From: a virus
Lineage: Duplodnaviria > Caudoviricetes
DNA length: 64,000 bases
Reading direction: 5' to 3' (one strand)
IMG/VR virus record: IMGVR_UViG_2974767555_000001
Coordinates: 11,688-75,687 of that record
This document shows, piece by piece, positions 55,580-62,779 of the stretch (positions are counted from its first letter, which is position 1; every line of letters begins with the position of its first letter). A program made the position numbers and the translations under genes. The notes below the pieces were generated by a model. That model was not told the DNA's origin and searched no databases. It was given only the letters and a program-made list of their open reading frames with translations.

Positions 55580-55816
55580 ATGAGCGCCACCGTCTACCAC
55601 GTCTGCAAGAGCTGCGCGACGGCCATCATCAACGACGACTACAGCGCGTTCGAGGATCACCAGGACCCCGACACCGACTACGCCCGCGTGACCGCCTTTG
55701 TCGCGAGCGCCGGAATGCTGACCGACGCCGGTCAGGCCCCCAAGGGTGGGTACTGGGACTGCGAGTCCTGCGGTCAGGTCGAGATCGGCAGCGCCCACTG
55801 CCTGGAGACCGTCTGA
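55580..55816 (+). CDS. Small Zn-binding protein
   Basis: VCKSC...DCESCG. Confidence 0.75.
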   Translation: MSATVYHVCKSCATAIINDDYSAFEDHQDPDTDYARVTAFVASAGMLTDAGQAPKGGYWDCESCGQVEIGSAHCLETV

Positions 55817-55822
55817 TCAACC

Positions 55823-55847
55823 GGGGGGCCGGGATCACCGGCCCCCC
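55823..55847 (+). repeat. Cassette-family hairpin (perfect-stem variant)
   Basis: GGGGGGCCGG-GATCA-CCGGCCCCCC. Confidence 0.65.
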
Positions 55848-55894
55848 ACCACAACCCGCCACCAGCCACACCAACCACCAAGGAGCGCAACGAC

Positions 55895-56206
55895 ATGACC
55901 ACCACCACCGCCACGTACGAGCAGAAGAAACTGGCCAGCGCGCTGGCCCACGCTGTCGCCGACTGGGACGAGCAGACCACCCCCAAGGCCACCCAGATCG
56001 CCAAGGCCAAGGCTGACGGTATCGCCATCGGTGCCCACGCGATGGGGTACGGGATGACCCCCAACGCCGTGTTCCTCGACGTGATGGATTGGGTGCGCGC
56101 CAACCCCCGCCCCGCTGCCGGTGGCGCATACCCCGCCGAGCGGAAAGCGTGGCAGGCCAAGGTCGATGCCGAGGTCGCCGACATCATCGCCAAGCTGCAC
56201 TACTGA
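55895..56206 (+). CDS. Hypothetical protein
   Basis: RBS AAGGAG. Confidence 0.75.
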   Translation: MTTTTATYEQKKLASALAHAVADWDEQTTPKATQIAKAKADGIAIGAHAMGYGMTPNAVFLDVMDWVRANPRPAAGGAYPAERKAWQAKVDAEVADIIAKLHY

Positions 56207-56211
56207 CCGCT

Positions 56212-56231
56212 GGGGCCGGATCACCGGCCCC
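56212..56231 (+). repeat. Cassette-family hairpin (perfect-stem variant)
   Basis: GGGGCCGG-ATCA-CCGGCCCC. Confidence 0.6.
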
Positions 56232-56271
56232 CCAACACATTCCCACCACCACCACCCAGGAGACCATCACC

Positions 56272-56499
56272 ATGCACGCCGACGAACTGTTGTCAGACCC
56301 CGCCGCCCCCGCTGTTGACGCCACCGGCACGGTCTGGGTGTACCGGCCCGCCATCGACGGGTGGAAGTACATCACCGACGAGGGCCTGTCGTACGACTGG
56401 TTCAAACTCCCACCTGACCACTACGGCCCGTTCACCCCGCTTGACGAGGGAGCGGCCCGCATGATCACCCGCGCGGTCGCCGCGCTGGCCACCACCTGA
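56272..56499 (+). CDS. Hypothetical protein (YGPFT motif)
   Basis: RBS AGGAG; VDATGTVWVY...GW...HYGPFT. Confidence 0.7.
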   Translation: MHADELLSDPAAPAVDATGTVWVYRPAIDGWKYITDEGLSYDWFKLPPDHYGPFTPLDEGAARMITRAVAALATT

Positions 56500-56534
56500 C
56501 AACCCAACTACAGACCGACCTGGAGGAGGAACCG

Positions 56535-56711
56535 ATGACCGACACCCCGATCACCCGCGTGCTTGACGCTGAGCCGGTCGTGGACACGTGCGACGTGTGC
56601 CACCAGCGCGCCGACACGTACACCGTGACCCGGCCCAGCGACGGCAAGAAGTCGCGCCGCTGCCATACCCACACGGGCGACCAGTTCGACCGCGCTGCCG
56701 TATGGCGGTAG
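56535..56711 (+). CDS. Small Zn-binding peptide (58 aa; not in the ORF track)
   Basis: RBS GGAGGAGG; CDVC...CHTH. Confidence 0.6.
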   Translation: MTDTPITRVLDAEPVVDTCDVCHQRADTYTVTRPSDGKKSRRCHTHTGDQFDRAAVWR

Positions 56712-56764
56712 CGCGCAACACAATTCACCACACCCAACACCAAATCGACTGAAGGACAACGACA

Positions 56765-57271
56765 ATGACCACTGACAACGAGATCAAGGGCACGTTCGAC
56801 GCCCCGGGCACCACCATCTGGGCCACCATCCGGGCCGACCAGCTGGTCCCCGGCGACAACATGGCGTTGATCACCGAGTGGGGCCGCATGGTGGTCGAAG
56901 AGGCCTACCTGGTGACCCGCCGCAACCGGGTCCTGGTCATCGGGGAGCTGACCGACCATCACGCAGCAGGCCAGCGCGACTACGTGAGCGTGAAAGCTGA
57001 TGACCAGGTGGGGATCTTCTACACCATCACCGAGGGCAACGGGTGGAGTCGAGAAGCACCGGGGGAGTGGACCTACAGCGACGCATGGGGGGTGCTGGCC
57101 CTGGTCACCGGGGGCACCACCGGGACCAGTTGGGAGTACCGGGTGGTCGACCCCGACCACCCGGGCGGCAACCCCCTGGCGACCGGTCTGCACGCGCGCC
57201 TGCCGGAAGCGCAGCGCGCGGTGATGTCAGCGCTGGAGCAGCTGAAGGCGAACCGGCAGGACCGTTCCTGA
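56765..57271 (+). CDS. Hypothetical protein
   Basis: RBS AAGGA; IRADQLVPGD (Hint/SH3-like start). Confidence 0.7.
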   Translation: MTTDNEIKGTFDAPGTTIWATIRADQLVPGDNMALITEWGRMVVEEAYLVTRRNRVLVIGELTDHHAAGQRDYVSVKADDQVGIFYTITEGNGWSREAPGEWTYSDAWGVLALVTGGTTGTSWEYRVVDPDHPGGNPLATGLHARLPEAQRAVMSALEQLKANRQDRS

Positions 57272-57336
57272 CCGTTGACCGGCCCGACACCCCCGACCCA
57301 GTTTGGGCCGGGGGGTAAACCGGTTTGGGCAGGTGG

Positions 57337-57401
57337 TTGCGGGTTGTCGGTATAGTGCCCTATACTCGAACTATCACCGGGGCAGGTACAAGACCAGCCC
57401 C
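57337..57401 (+). promoter_or_regulatory. Cassette promoter/operator/hairpin
   Basis: TTGCGG-N18-TATACT; perfect palindrome GTATAG-TGCC-CTATAC at 57350-57365; hairpin at 57379-57401. Confidence 0.85.
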
Positions 57402-57421
57402 ACAACCCGAGAGGGGTCAGC

Positions 57422-57640
57422 ATGACCAGCATCTTCACCGTCACCGTTGTCGGCGCGACCAAGGAGGCCACCTACACCTCCGTGTTCCCGTCCGAGCCCG
57501 CTGCCGTGGGCTACCTGCGCGACATGTTTGGGGAGGAGGTGGACCTGGCCGATGCGGAGACCACCGAGGAGGTGGTGGCCGCCATCAGCGCCACCGAGGA
57601 GGTGGAGTACGTGATGGTGGACGAGCACGACCTGCCGTAA
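57422..57640 (+). CDS. Small acidic protein
   Basis: 72 aa, many E/D residues; follows the cassette SD. Confidence 0.75.
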   Translation: MTSIFTVTVVGATKEATYTSVFPSEPAAVGYLRDMFGEEVDLADAETTEEVVAAISATEEVEYVMVDEHDLP

Positions 57641-57717
57641 CCGGCACGGGGGGTGGCCACCCCACCCCCCACCACCACCCCAACCCCCACCCGATCACCA
57701 GCCAGAGGACAAGCCAG

Positions 57718-57894
57718 ATGACCGCCACGTGTGACTGCCTGACCCAGTACGACGCCACCCTGCCGCACGCTGGGGAAATCTGCCCCCTGGCCGATCCCGA
57801 CACCAAGCTGGACACCCTGCGCGAGCTGGCCGAGCTTGCCGCGTACAAGGACATCGGTGCCGCGCTGATCGCCTACCGGCAGCTGACCCGCTGA
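57718..57894 (+). CDS. Small hypothetical protein
   Basis: RBS GAGGA; MTATCDC...H...CP. Confidence 0.6.
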   Translation: MTATCDCLTQYDATLPHAGEICPLADPDTKLDTLRELAELAAYKDIGAALIAYRQLTR

Positions 57895-57935
57895 CCCACC
57901 ACCCACCCATCACCACCACGGAAGGACCTACCGAC

Positions 57936-58271
57936 ATGACTACCGCCACCATCGACATCGCCACCCCCACCCAGGAGCTGGAGTGGGAAGCGGTCGGCCA
58001 GACCGGGTTACGCGCCGCCGACCCCAACGGGAACGGGACCTGGCGAATCTGGATGGGCACCGTCAGCAACTACCAGCTGGTGTTCATCGACAACGACGGG
58101 ACCGAAACCAAGTACGGCCCCCGTCGTTGGGGTGGTCGCCAGGTGGGTCGGGACGCCGAGGGTAACCGCATCATGGAGTACGGCTGGTTCACGCTGTCGC
58201 ACGGGTGTTTTCGCGAGGGTCTGATCGCCGCGCGGGAGTACGCCGCCAAGCTGGTCGCCAGCACCCGCTGA
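57936..58271 (+). CDS. Hypothetical protein
   Basis: RBS GAAGGA. Confidence 0.7.
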   Translation: MTTATIDIATPTQELEWEAVGQTGLRAADPNGNGTWRIWMGTVSNYQLVFIDNDGTETKYGPRRWGGRQVGRDAEGNRIMEYGWFTLSHGCFREGLIAAREYAAKLVASTR

Positions 58272-58368
58272 TCGAACGTGAACGGGGGTCGGGCCTCCCC
58301 TCTCTGACCCGACCCCCAGCGACATCACTACCTCACCCAACACCACCACCGAAGGAGAACACCCAAAC

Positions 58369-58725
58369 ATGACCACTGCCACCACATCTGCCTGGATCGC
58401 CAGCGTGCCCGCCATCGTGGTCGCCGCCGCCGAGGAATCGGGGTGGACCCTGATCGGAGACGAGACCAGCGACACCCGTTCGCTGGTGCTGGGCAAGGAC
58501 CGCCACGAGCTGCTGGTGCGGTTCCGACCCAACGGCGCGATCCACTACGCGGCACACAACGTGTACAGCGCCAAGGGGGTGCCCGACAGCGTGCCCGAGG
58601 TCTACGCGCGCGGTCAGCTACCGGACGAGGACGCACCTGTCAGCGGTGAGGCGACCGACGCCCGGTACACCCCTGCCGCGCTGCTGGCACACGTCCTGGG
58701 TCAGATTGGCGGGTACCGGTTGTGA
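58369..58725 (+). CDS. Hypothetical protein
   Basis: RBS AAGGAG. Confidence 0.7.
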   Translation: MTTATTSAWIASVPAIVVAAAEESGWTLIGDETSDTRSLVLGKDRHELLVRFRPNGAIHYAAHNVYSAKGVPDSVPEVYARGQLPDEDAPVSGEATDARYTPAALLAHVLGQIGGYRL

Positions 58726-58792
58726 CCACCCGCTGACCCACCCCCCGACCACCCCCAACCCGCGCCGGTCGGGGGTGCGTTATGGCTGGTAG

Positions 58793-58822
58793 TTGCGGCA
58801 CTCCGGTCTAGTGAGCTATACA
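58793..58822 (+). promoter_or_regulatory. Cassette promoter/operator, leaderless copy (no hairpin)
   Basis: TTGCGG-N18-TATACA; GTCTAG-TGAG-CTATAC at 58806-58821; ATG 6 nt after the -10. Confidence 0.8.
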
Positions 58823-58828
58823 AGAGAC

Positions 58829-59014
58829 ATGACGAACACCATCGCCACCCAGGACCTGACCCCCGGCACCCGCGTGCGACTGATCGGCTCGCCCGCTGTC
58901 ACCGGCACCCTGGTCGGGTACTTCAAGCCCCTCCACGGTCGTCGCCGGGTCAACGTCAAGTGGGACCGCGAGCTGGTCGCCAACTACTTCGACACCCAGG
59001 TCGAAGCCATCTGA
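58829..59014 (+). CDS. Small SH3-like protein (leaderless)
   Basis: LTPGTRVRLIG...GTLVG...VNVKWD. Confidence 0.7.
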   Translation: MTNTIATQDLTPGTRVRLIGSPAVTGTLVGYFKPLHGRRRVNVKWDRELVANYFDTQVEAI

Positions 59015-59031
59015 CCCCCCCCACCCACCAC

Positions 59032-59059
59032 GACCCCCGACCCACACGGGTCGGGGGTC
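59032..59059 (+). terminator. Intrinsic terminator closing accessory block B
   Basis: GACCCCCGACCC-ACAC-GGGTCGGGGGTC then ACTTCTT. Confidence 0.75.
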
Positions 59060-59247
59060 ACTTCTTGCACCAGGTGGGCCGGAGCGCTGCACGCGCGCCT
59101 GCCTGACGTTCACCGGGTCCCGGGTGGGGTTGGACCGGGGCGCTGGTTTGCCACCGGCACGACACGCTGCAGCGATTCTGCCCCAGGTCGCCGAGCATCA
59201 CCTGTTATACCCTTGTTGCTGGCACCGCTGTGCCCAAATGTCCATCG

Positions 59248-59274
59248 ACGGCCCCCGATCACCGGGGGCCGTTT
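59248..59274 (+). terminator. Terminator/attenuator-like hairpin
   Basis: ACGGCCCCCG-ATCAC-CGGGGGCCGT followed by TTCGCGTTGT. Confidence 0.65.
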
Positions 59275-59288
59275 CGCGTTGTCAGGCC

Positions 59289-59455
59289 CTCTCCGTCGTC
59301 GGTCGCGTCAATCTCGTGAGGTGAGCTGCCGGGGCAAGCCCGCGCGCGGTAGGGGGCCAGTTCCCTTGCTGCGCCACCAGTTCGCGCGTCGGACCGTCAC
59401 CCAGGACCCCAACTCCTTGTGGGCGAGGGCGGGCTGCGTGACCGGCGACGGGGAG
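59289..59455 (+). ncRNA. Candidate structured RNA / late leader
   Basis: 20-bp closing stem with G-U pairs (59289-59308/59436-59455), 7-bp stem (59337-59343/59429-59435), 12-bp hairpin (59344-59374); found by eye. Confidence 0.4.
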
Positions 59456-59488
59456 CTAAAGCCACACTGCCGCAAGGAGATTCGAGCG

Positions 59489-59851
59489 ATGAGCACTGAC
59501 ACCACCGAATACCACCGGGTCATCCCGCTAGCGCCAGGACACGATGCTGACCTGCTGCGCTGGCTGACCCGGGAGTCGTTCGAGAACCTGGCCCGCAACG
59601 ACGGTCTGGTCATCACCGAGTACGCCGAGGAGCAGGTGACGCCCAGCCACGTGCCGATGTCGGTGGCCCGTGACCTGGAGCTGCCGGTCGATCAGTACGA
59701 CTGGTGGCTGTTCACCGCGACGGTCACCCGACCGGAGCGCGAGGAGCTGCCCGACCACTGCGGGTACTGCGCGCCACACCCGTCGCACCGAACCAAGTGC
59801 GGCATCGACACCGACGCCGGCCCGTGTGGCTGCCCGGGGTGGCCGCTGTGA
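59489..59851 (+). CDS. Hypothetical protein
   Basis: RBS AAGGAG; LLRWLTRESFE; C-terminal CGYC..H...C. Confidence 0.7.
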   Translation: MSTDTTEYHRVIPLAPGHDADLLRWLTRESFENLARNDGLVITEYAEEQVTPSHVPMSVARDLELPVDQYDWWLFTATVTRPEREELPDHCGYCAPHPSHRTKCGIDTDAGPCGCPGWPL

Positions 59852-60033
59852 CCGGCACCGACGATGCCGCAGTGCGTTCGGTCATCACCGCGATCAACAA
59901 CCCGGTGCCGCAACTCCTGCCGACCGTGCCCCAGTTCCCTCGACCAGTCCCAGCCATCGTGGACCCGCCCATCGTCGCGGTGATGCGCGCCCTGCTGGTC
60001 CGCGAGTTCGCGCGACGCTGGGGGGCCATCTGA
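59848..60033 (+). CDS. Small hypothetical protein
   Basis: Coupled both sides. Confidence 0.45.
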   Translation: MTGTDDAAVRSVITAINNPVPQLLPTVPQFPRPVPAIVDPPIVAVMRALLVREFARRWGAI

Positions 60034-60224
60034 TGGCCGCTGTTGTGCCCCTTGTACTCAACGTCGCTGCCCACACCGAGGTGGTCAACGGCGAGGTCGT
60101 CGTCGCCCTGGTGGTGGACGGCAAGGTCATCGAGCGCAAACCGTTGCGCGACTACATGTGCTGCCCGACCTGCGGCACCAACCGAAGCAGCCACACCACC
60201 ACTACCAACTTGGAAAGGGCCTGA
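60033..60224 (+). CDS. Small hypothetical protein
   Basis: TGATG coupling; CPTCG. Confidence 0.5.
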   Translation: MAAVVPLVLNVAAHTEVVNGEVVVALVVDGKVIERKPLRDYMCCPTCGTNRSSHTTTTNLERA

Positions 60225-60226
60225 CA

Positions 60227-61090
60227 ATGGCTGACTTCACCGTGACCGGAGACTGGACCTCGATTCTGCCGGGGGCGACCCTGGCCGCTGACCTGCGCTT
60301 CCAGCAGATGGGCAACAGCGCGGACGTTCCCGGCGACGTACACGCCTCGATCATCGACGGCGTGCTTTGCGACGCAACGGGGGCCGAGGACGTGGCCCTG
60401 ACGGCACCTGGTGCCGGGGCGACCCTGTTCTACTGGGTGTCGATCAACAACCTGACCGTCAACGGCAACGCTGTGACCCCGCGCCGGTTCCTAATCCAGG
60501 CAGCGTCGGCCAACGGGGAGGTCAGCCTGTCGGCGCTGGCTCCCCGGTTGTTCTCGATGGTGGAGGGCAGCACCGAGAGCGGTGACTACGCCACGACCGA
60601 CTACGTGGACACCGCCATCGCGAACAGTGGCCACGCAACGACTGCCGACATCGCCGCCGCCGTGGCCAACCTGGTGTCGGACACCGACCTGACGGCAGCC
60701 ATCGCCAACTTCGTCACCACCAGCGCGATGACCACGGCCATCGGCAACGCTGTGGCCGACCTGGTGTCGAGCACCGAGCTGGCGACGGCGCTGGGCGACT
60801 ACGTGACCGCCGACGACCTGACCAGCGCGCTGTCGAACCGGCCCACCACGTCGGCCATGAACACGGCAATCAGCAACGCCACCAGCGGTCTTGCCACCAC
60901 CAGCGACGTGTCGAACGCCGTGGCAGGCCTCGCATCTGAGACGTATGTGGACAACGCCGTCCTGGTCCCCATCGTGACCGGCGAGCCGACCGACGCAGCC
61001 CCCGACGGGTCGATGGCCATCGACAGCACCGGCCCGACCCTGTACATGAGGGTCGAGGGTGCCTGGGTCGCCGTCACCACAGCCGCCTGA
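60227..61090 (+). CDS. Putative virion fibre-like structural protein
   Basis: RBS GAAAGG; repeated AT..YVD.AIA/DLVS..L..A units; C-terminal PDGSMAID...LYMRVEGAWVAV cap. Confidence 0.65.
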   Translation: MADFTVTGDWTSILPGATLAADLRFQQMGNSADVPGDVHASIIDGVLCDATGAEDVALTAPGAGATLFYWVSINNLTVNGNAVTPRRFLIQAASANGEVSLSALAPRLFSMVEGSTESGDYATTDYVDTAIANSGHATTADIAAAVANLVSDTDLTAAIANFVTTSAMTTAIGNAVADLVSSTELATALGDYVTADDLTSALSNRPTTSAMNTAISNATSGLATTSDVSNAVAGLASETYVDNAVLVPIVTGEPTDAAPDGSMAIDSTGPTLYMRVEGAWVAVTTAA

Positions 61091-61119
61091 TCTGACAACC
61101 TGACTGGAAGGAAACCCCA

Positions 61120-61461
61120 ATGGCCGCAACACGTTTGGTGCCCATCAAGCGAATCCCCACTGGCGCACTGCCTCCCGCCCAGGAGACGATGATCGACACC
61201 GAGGAGGGGACGGTGGTCGCCAACAGTCCCTCGCTGTCGGTCACGCTCCAGAACCCGGACGACGAGAACGCCGCGACGGTCACCGTGGTGACACCCGGCA
61301 CCGTCAACGGTCTGGCCATCGAGGACCTGGAGATCACCCTGGCCCCGTTTGGCCAGGAGGGCGCATCCAGGATCGTCGGCAACCTACCGGTGGCCACGTT
61401 CGGCAGTGACGTGCTGTTCCAGACCGACGCCGACGTGTACATCGTCGCCTACACCAGCTGA
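61120..61461 (+). CDS. Putative virion/decoration protein (beta-rich)
   Basis: RBS GGAAGGA; all-beta character. Confidence 0.55.
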   Translation: MAATRLVPIKRIPTGALPPAQETMIDTEEGTVVANSPSLSVTLQNPDDENAATVTVVTPGTVNGLAIEDLEITLAPFGQEGASRIVGNLPVATFGSDVLFQTDADVYIVAYTS

Positions 61462-61521
61462 CATATCTGCCGCTTATCGGCACATCCCCCCACCTGCCCC
61501 ACCCGACACAAGGAGAAACCG

Positions 61522-61902
61522 ATGGGCGTTGTGACACTGACCGGCGACCGACAGGCCGGCAAAACCCATGCCGCCCTTGCGGTGCTGGCCCTCGACGCGA
61601 TGACCGGCCACAAGTGCGTCTACCAGGGATGGGACCTGACGGTCGCCACCGACGTGTACCGCAGTGTGGAGCGACTGATCCCGCGCGACATGGTGGCCAA
61701 GTCATACCGTGCCCGGGGCGAGCAGCGCATCGAACTGTTCAACGGCGGGTCGGTGTGGTTCCGCTCCCACCGTCAATCGCCGATCACTGCCGGGGTCCAC
61801 ACGTACGTGGTGGATGACTGGCTGTCGGGGTGGCTACCAGCGGAGGTCCTGGACCTGCCGCACGTGTACGTGGTGGAGTCGAGCGCCGAGGTGGACCAGT
61901 GA
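61522..61902 (+). CDS. Short P-loop protein resembling the terminase large-subunit N-terminal ATPase
   Basis: GDRQAGKT Walker A, RIELFNGGSVWF, YVVDD Walker B; only 126 aa. Confidence 0.65.
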   Translation: MGVVTLTGDRQAGKTHAALAVLALDAMTGHKCVYQGWDLTVATDVYRSVERLIPRDMVAKSYRARGEQRIELFNGGSVWFRSHRQSPITAGVHTYVVDDWLSGWLPAEVLDLPHVYVVESSAEVDQ

Positions 61903-62081
61903 TCCCGTACCTGACGCTGCGTGACCGTCTGGCCATGCTGCGTGATGACTTGCGGCACCCGCTGACTGCCATCTCCCGGGTGGTCACCATGCGGTACTGC
62001 GCTCGTTATGGGCTGATGCTGGTCCCGGGTCTGCGTCACTGGTACTCCCACGACGAGCTGGCAGCGCGGCGGCAGCGGTGA
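61899..62081 (+). CDS. Small hypothetical protein
   Basis: GTGA coupling on both sides. Confidence 0.45.
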   Translation: MIPYLTLRDRLAMLRDDLRHPLTAISRVVTMRYCARYGLMLVPGLRHWYSHDELAARRQR

Positions 62082-62776
62082 CCGACCCAACACCCCACGG
62101 ATCGGCTGCCGACCCGGCAGCGCGCGCTGCAGCGGTCATGCGCACCATGGCCGACAAGATGACCGAGCTGGGTGTGTGTGTCGGCACCCCGTTCCCGCTC
62201 GACGGTGTGGCCACCATCTATGGCCCGTTCCCGGCACCCAACCGCTGGGTGTACACCAGCCCCAACGGTGACCAGTGCCTGGTGCGCTGGGCGGGTCACT
62301 GGGAGTCCGCGGCGCTCGATGACCTGACGGCCCGCTGGGTCCGCGACGACCAGATCGCCCAGTGGCCCGGACAGTTCCGGTCCATCCCGGTCAACCTCAC
62401 CCATCACGACGCCCCAGCACCGTCTGGGGGGAAGGAGGCACACCCCGTGCCCAGCAACAAGACACAGCGTGTGGACGTGCGCATCAACGGTCGGATCGTC
62501 TACAGCCAGGACGTGACCGAGTACAGCCTGACCAACGACGCCACCAACGGGTTGACGCTGACCGCTGCCCCCGTCGAGCTGACCAAGGTCGATACCGTCC
62601 CCAACCCGCTGCTGGCCCCTACGGGCACACCGATTCCCGAGGGGTTCCAGACCCTGGAGGAAGCGGTCGCACCCGACGCCGACCTGACCGAGAAGGAACC
62701 TGCCGTGCCCGTGATCGAAGCGGTGCACGACGGTCGCCGGGACCGCAAGGCCCGCAAGGACGGCGGGGACGACTGA
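62078..62776 (+). CDS. Hypothetical protein
   Basis: Coupled start; 232 aa. Confidence 0.6.
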   Translation: MTDPTPHGSAADPAARAAAVMRTMADKMTELGVCVGTPFPLDGVATIYGPFPAPNRWVYTSPNGDQCLVRWAGHWESAALDDLTARWVRDDQIAQWPGQFRSIPVNLTHHDAPAPSGGKEAHPVPSNKTQRVDVRINGRIVYSQDVTEYSLTNDATNGLTLTAAPVELTKVDTVPNPLLAPTGTPIPEGFQTLEEAVAPDADLTEKEPAVPVIEAVHDGRRDRKARKDGGDD

Positions 62777-62779
62777 CAC

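Noticed and set aside
21589-58822. Repeats as a CRISPR array
   Set aside because: Spacing is irregular (hundreds of bp to kb), spacers are whole genes, and no cas genes are present.
21589-58822. Hairpins as integron attC sites processed by the integrase
   Set aside because: No RYYYAAC/GTTRRRY ends, the cassettes carry their own promoters, and the integrase has a tRNA-type attP and no visible IntI insertion.
59213-59488. N-terminal extension of the 59489 gene
   Set aside because: It crosses a terminator hairpin and lacks an SD, while ATG 59489 has AAGGAG.
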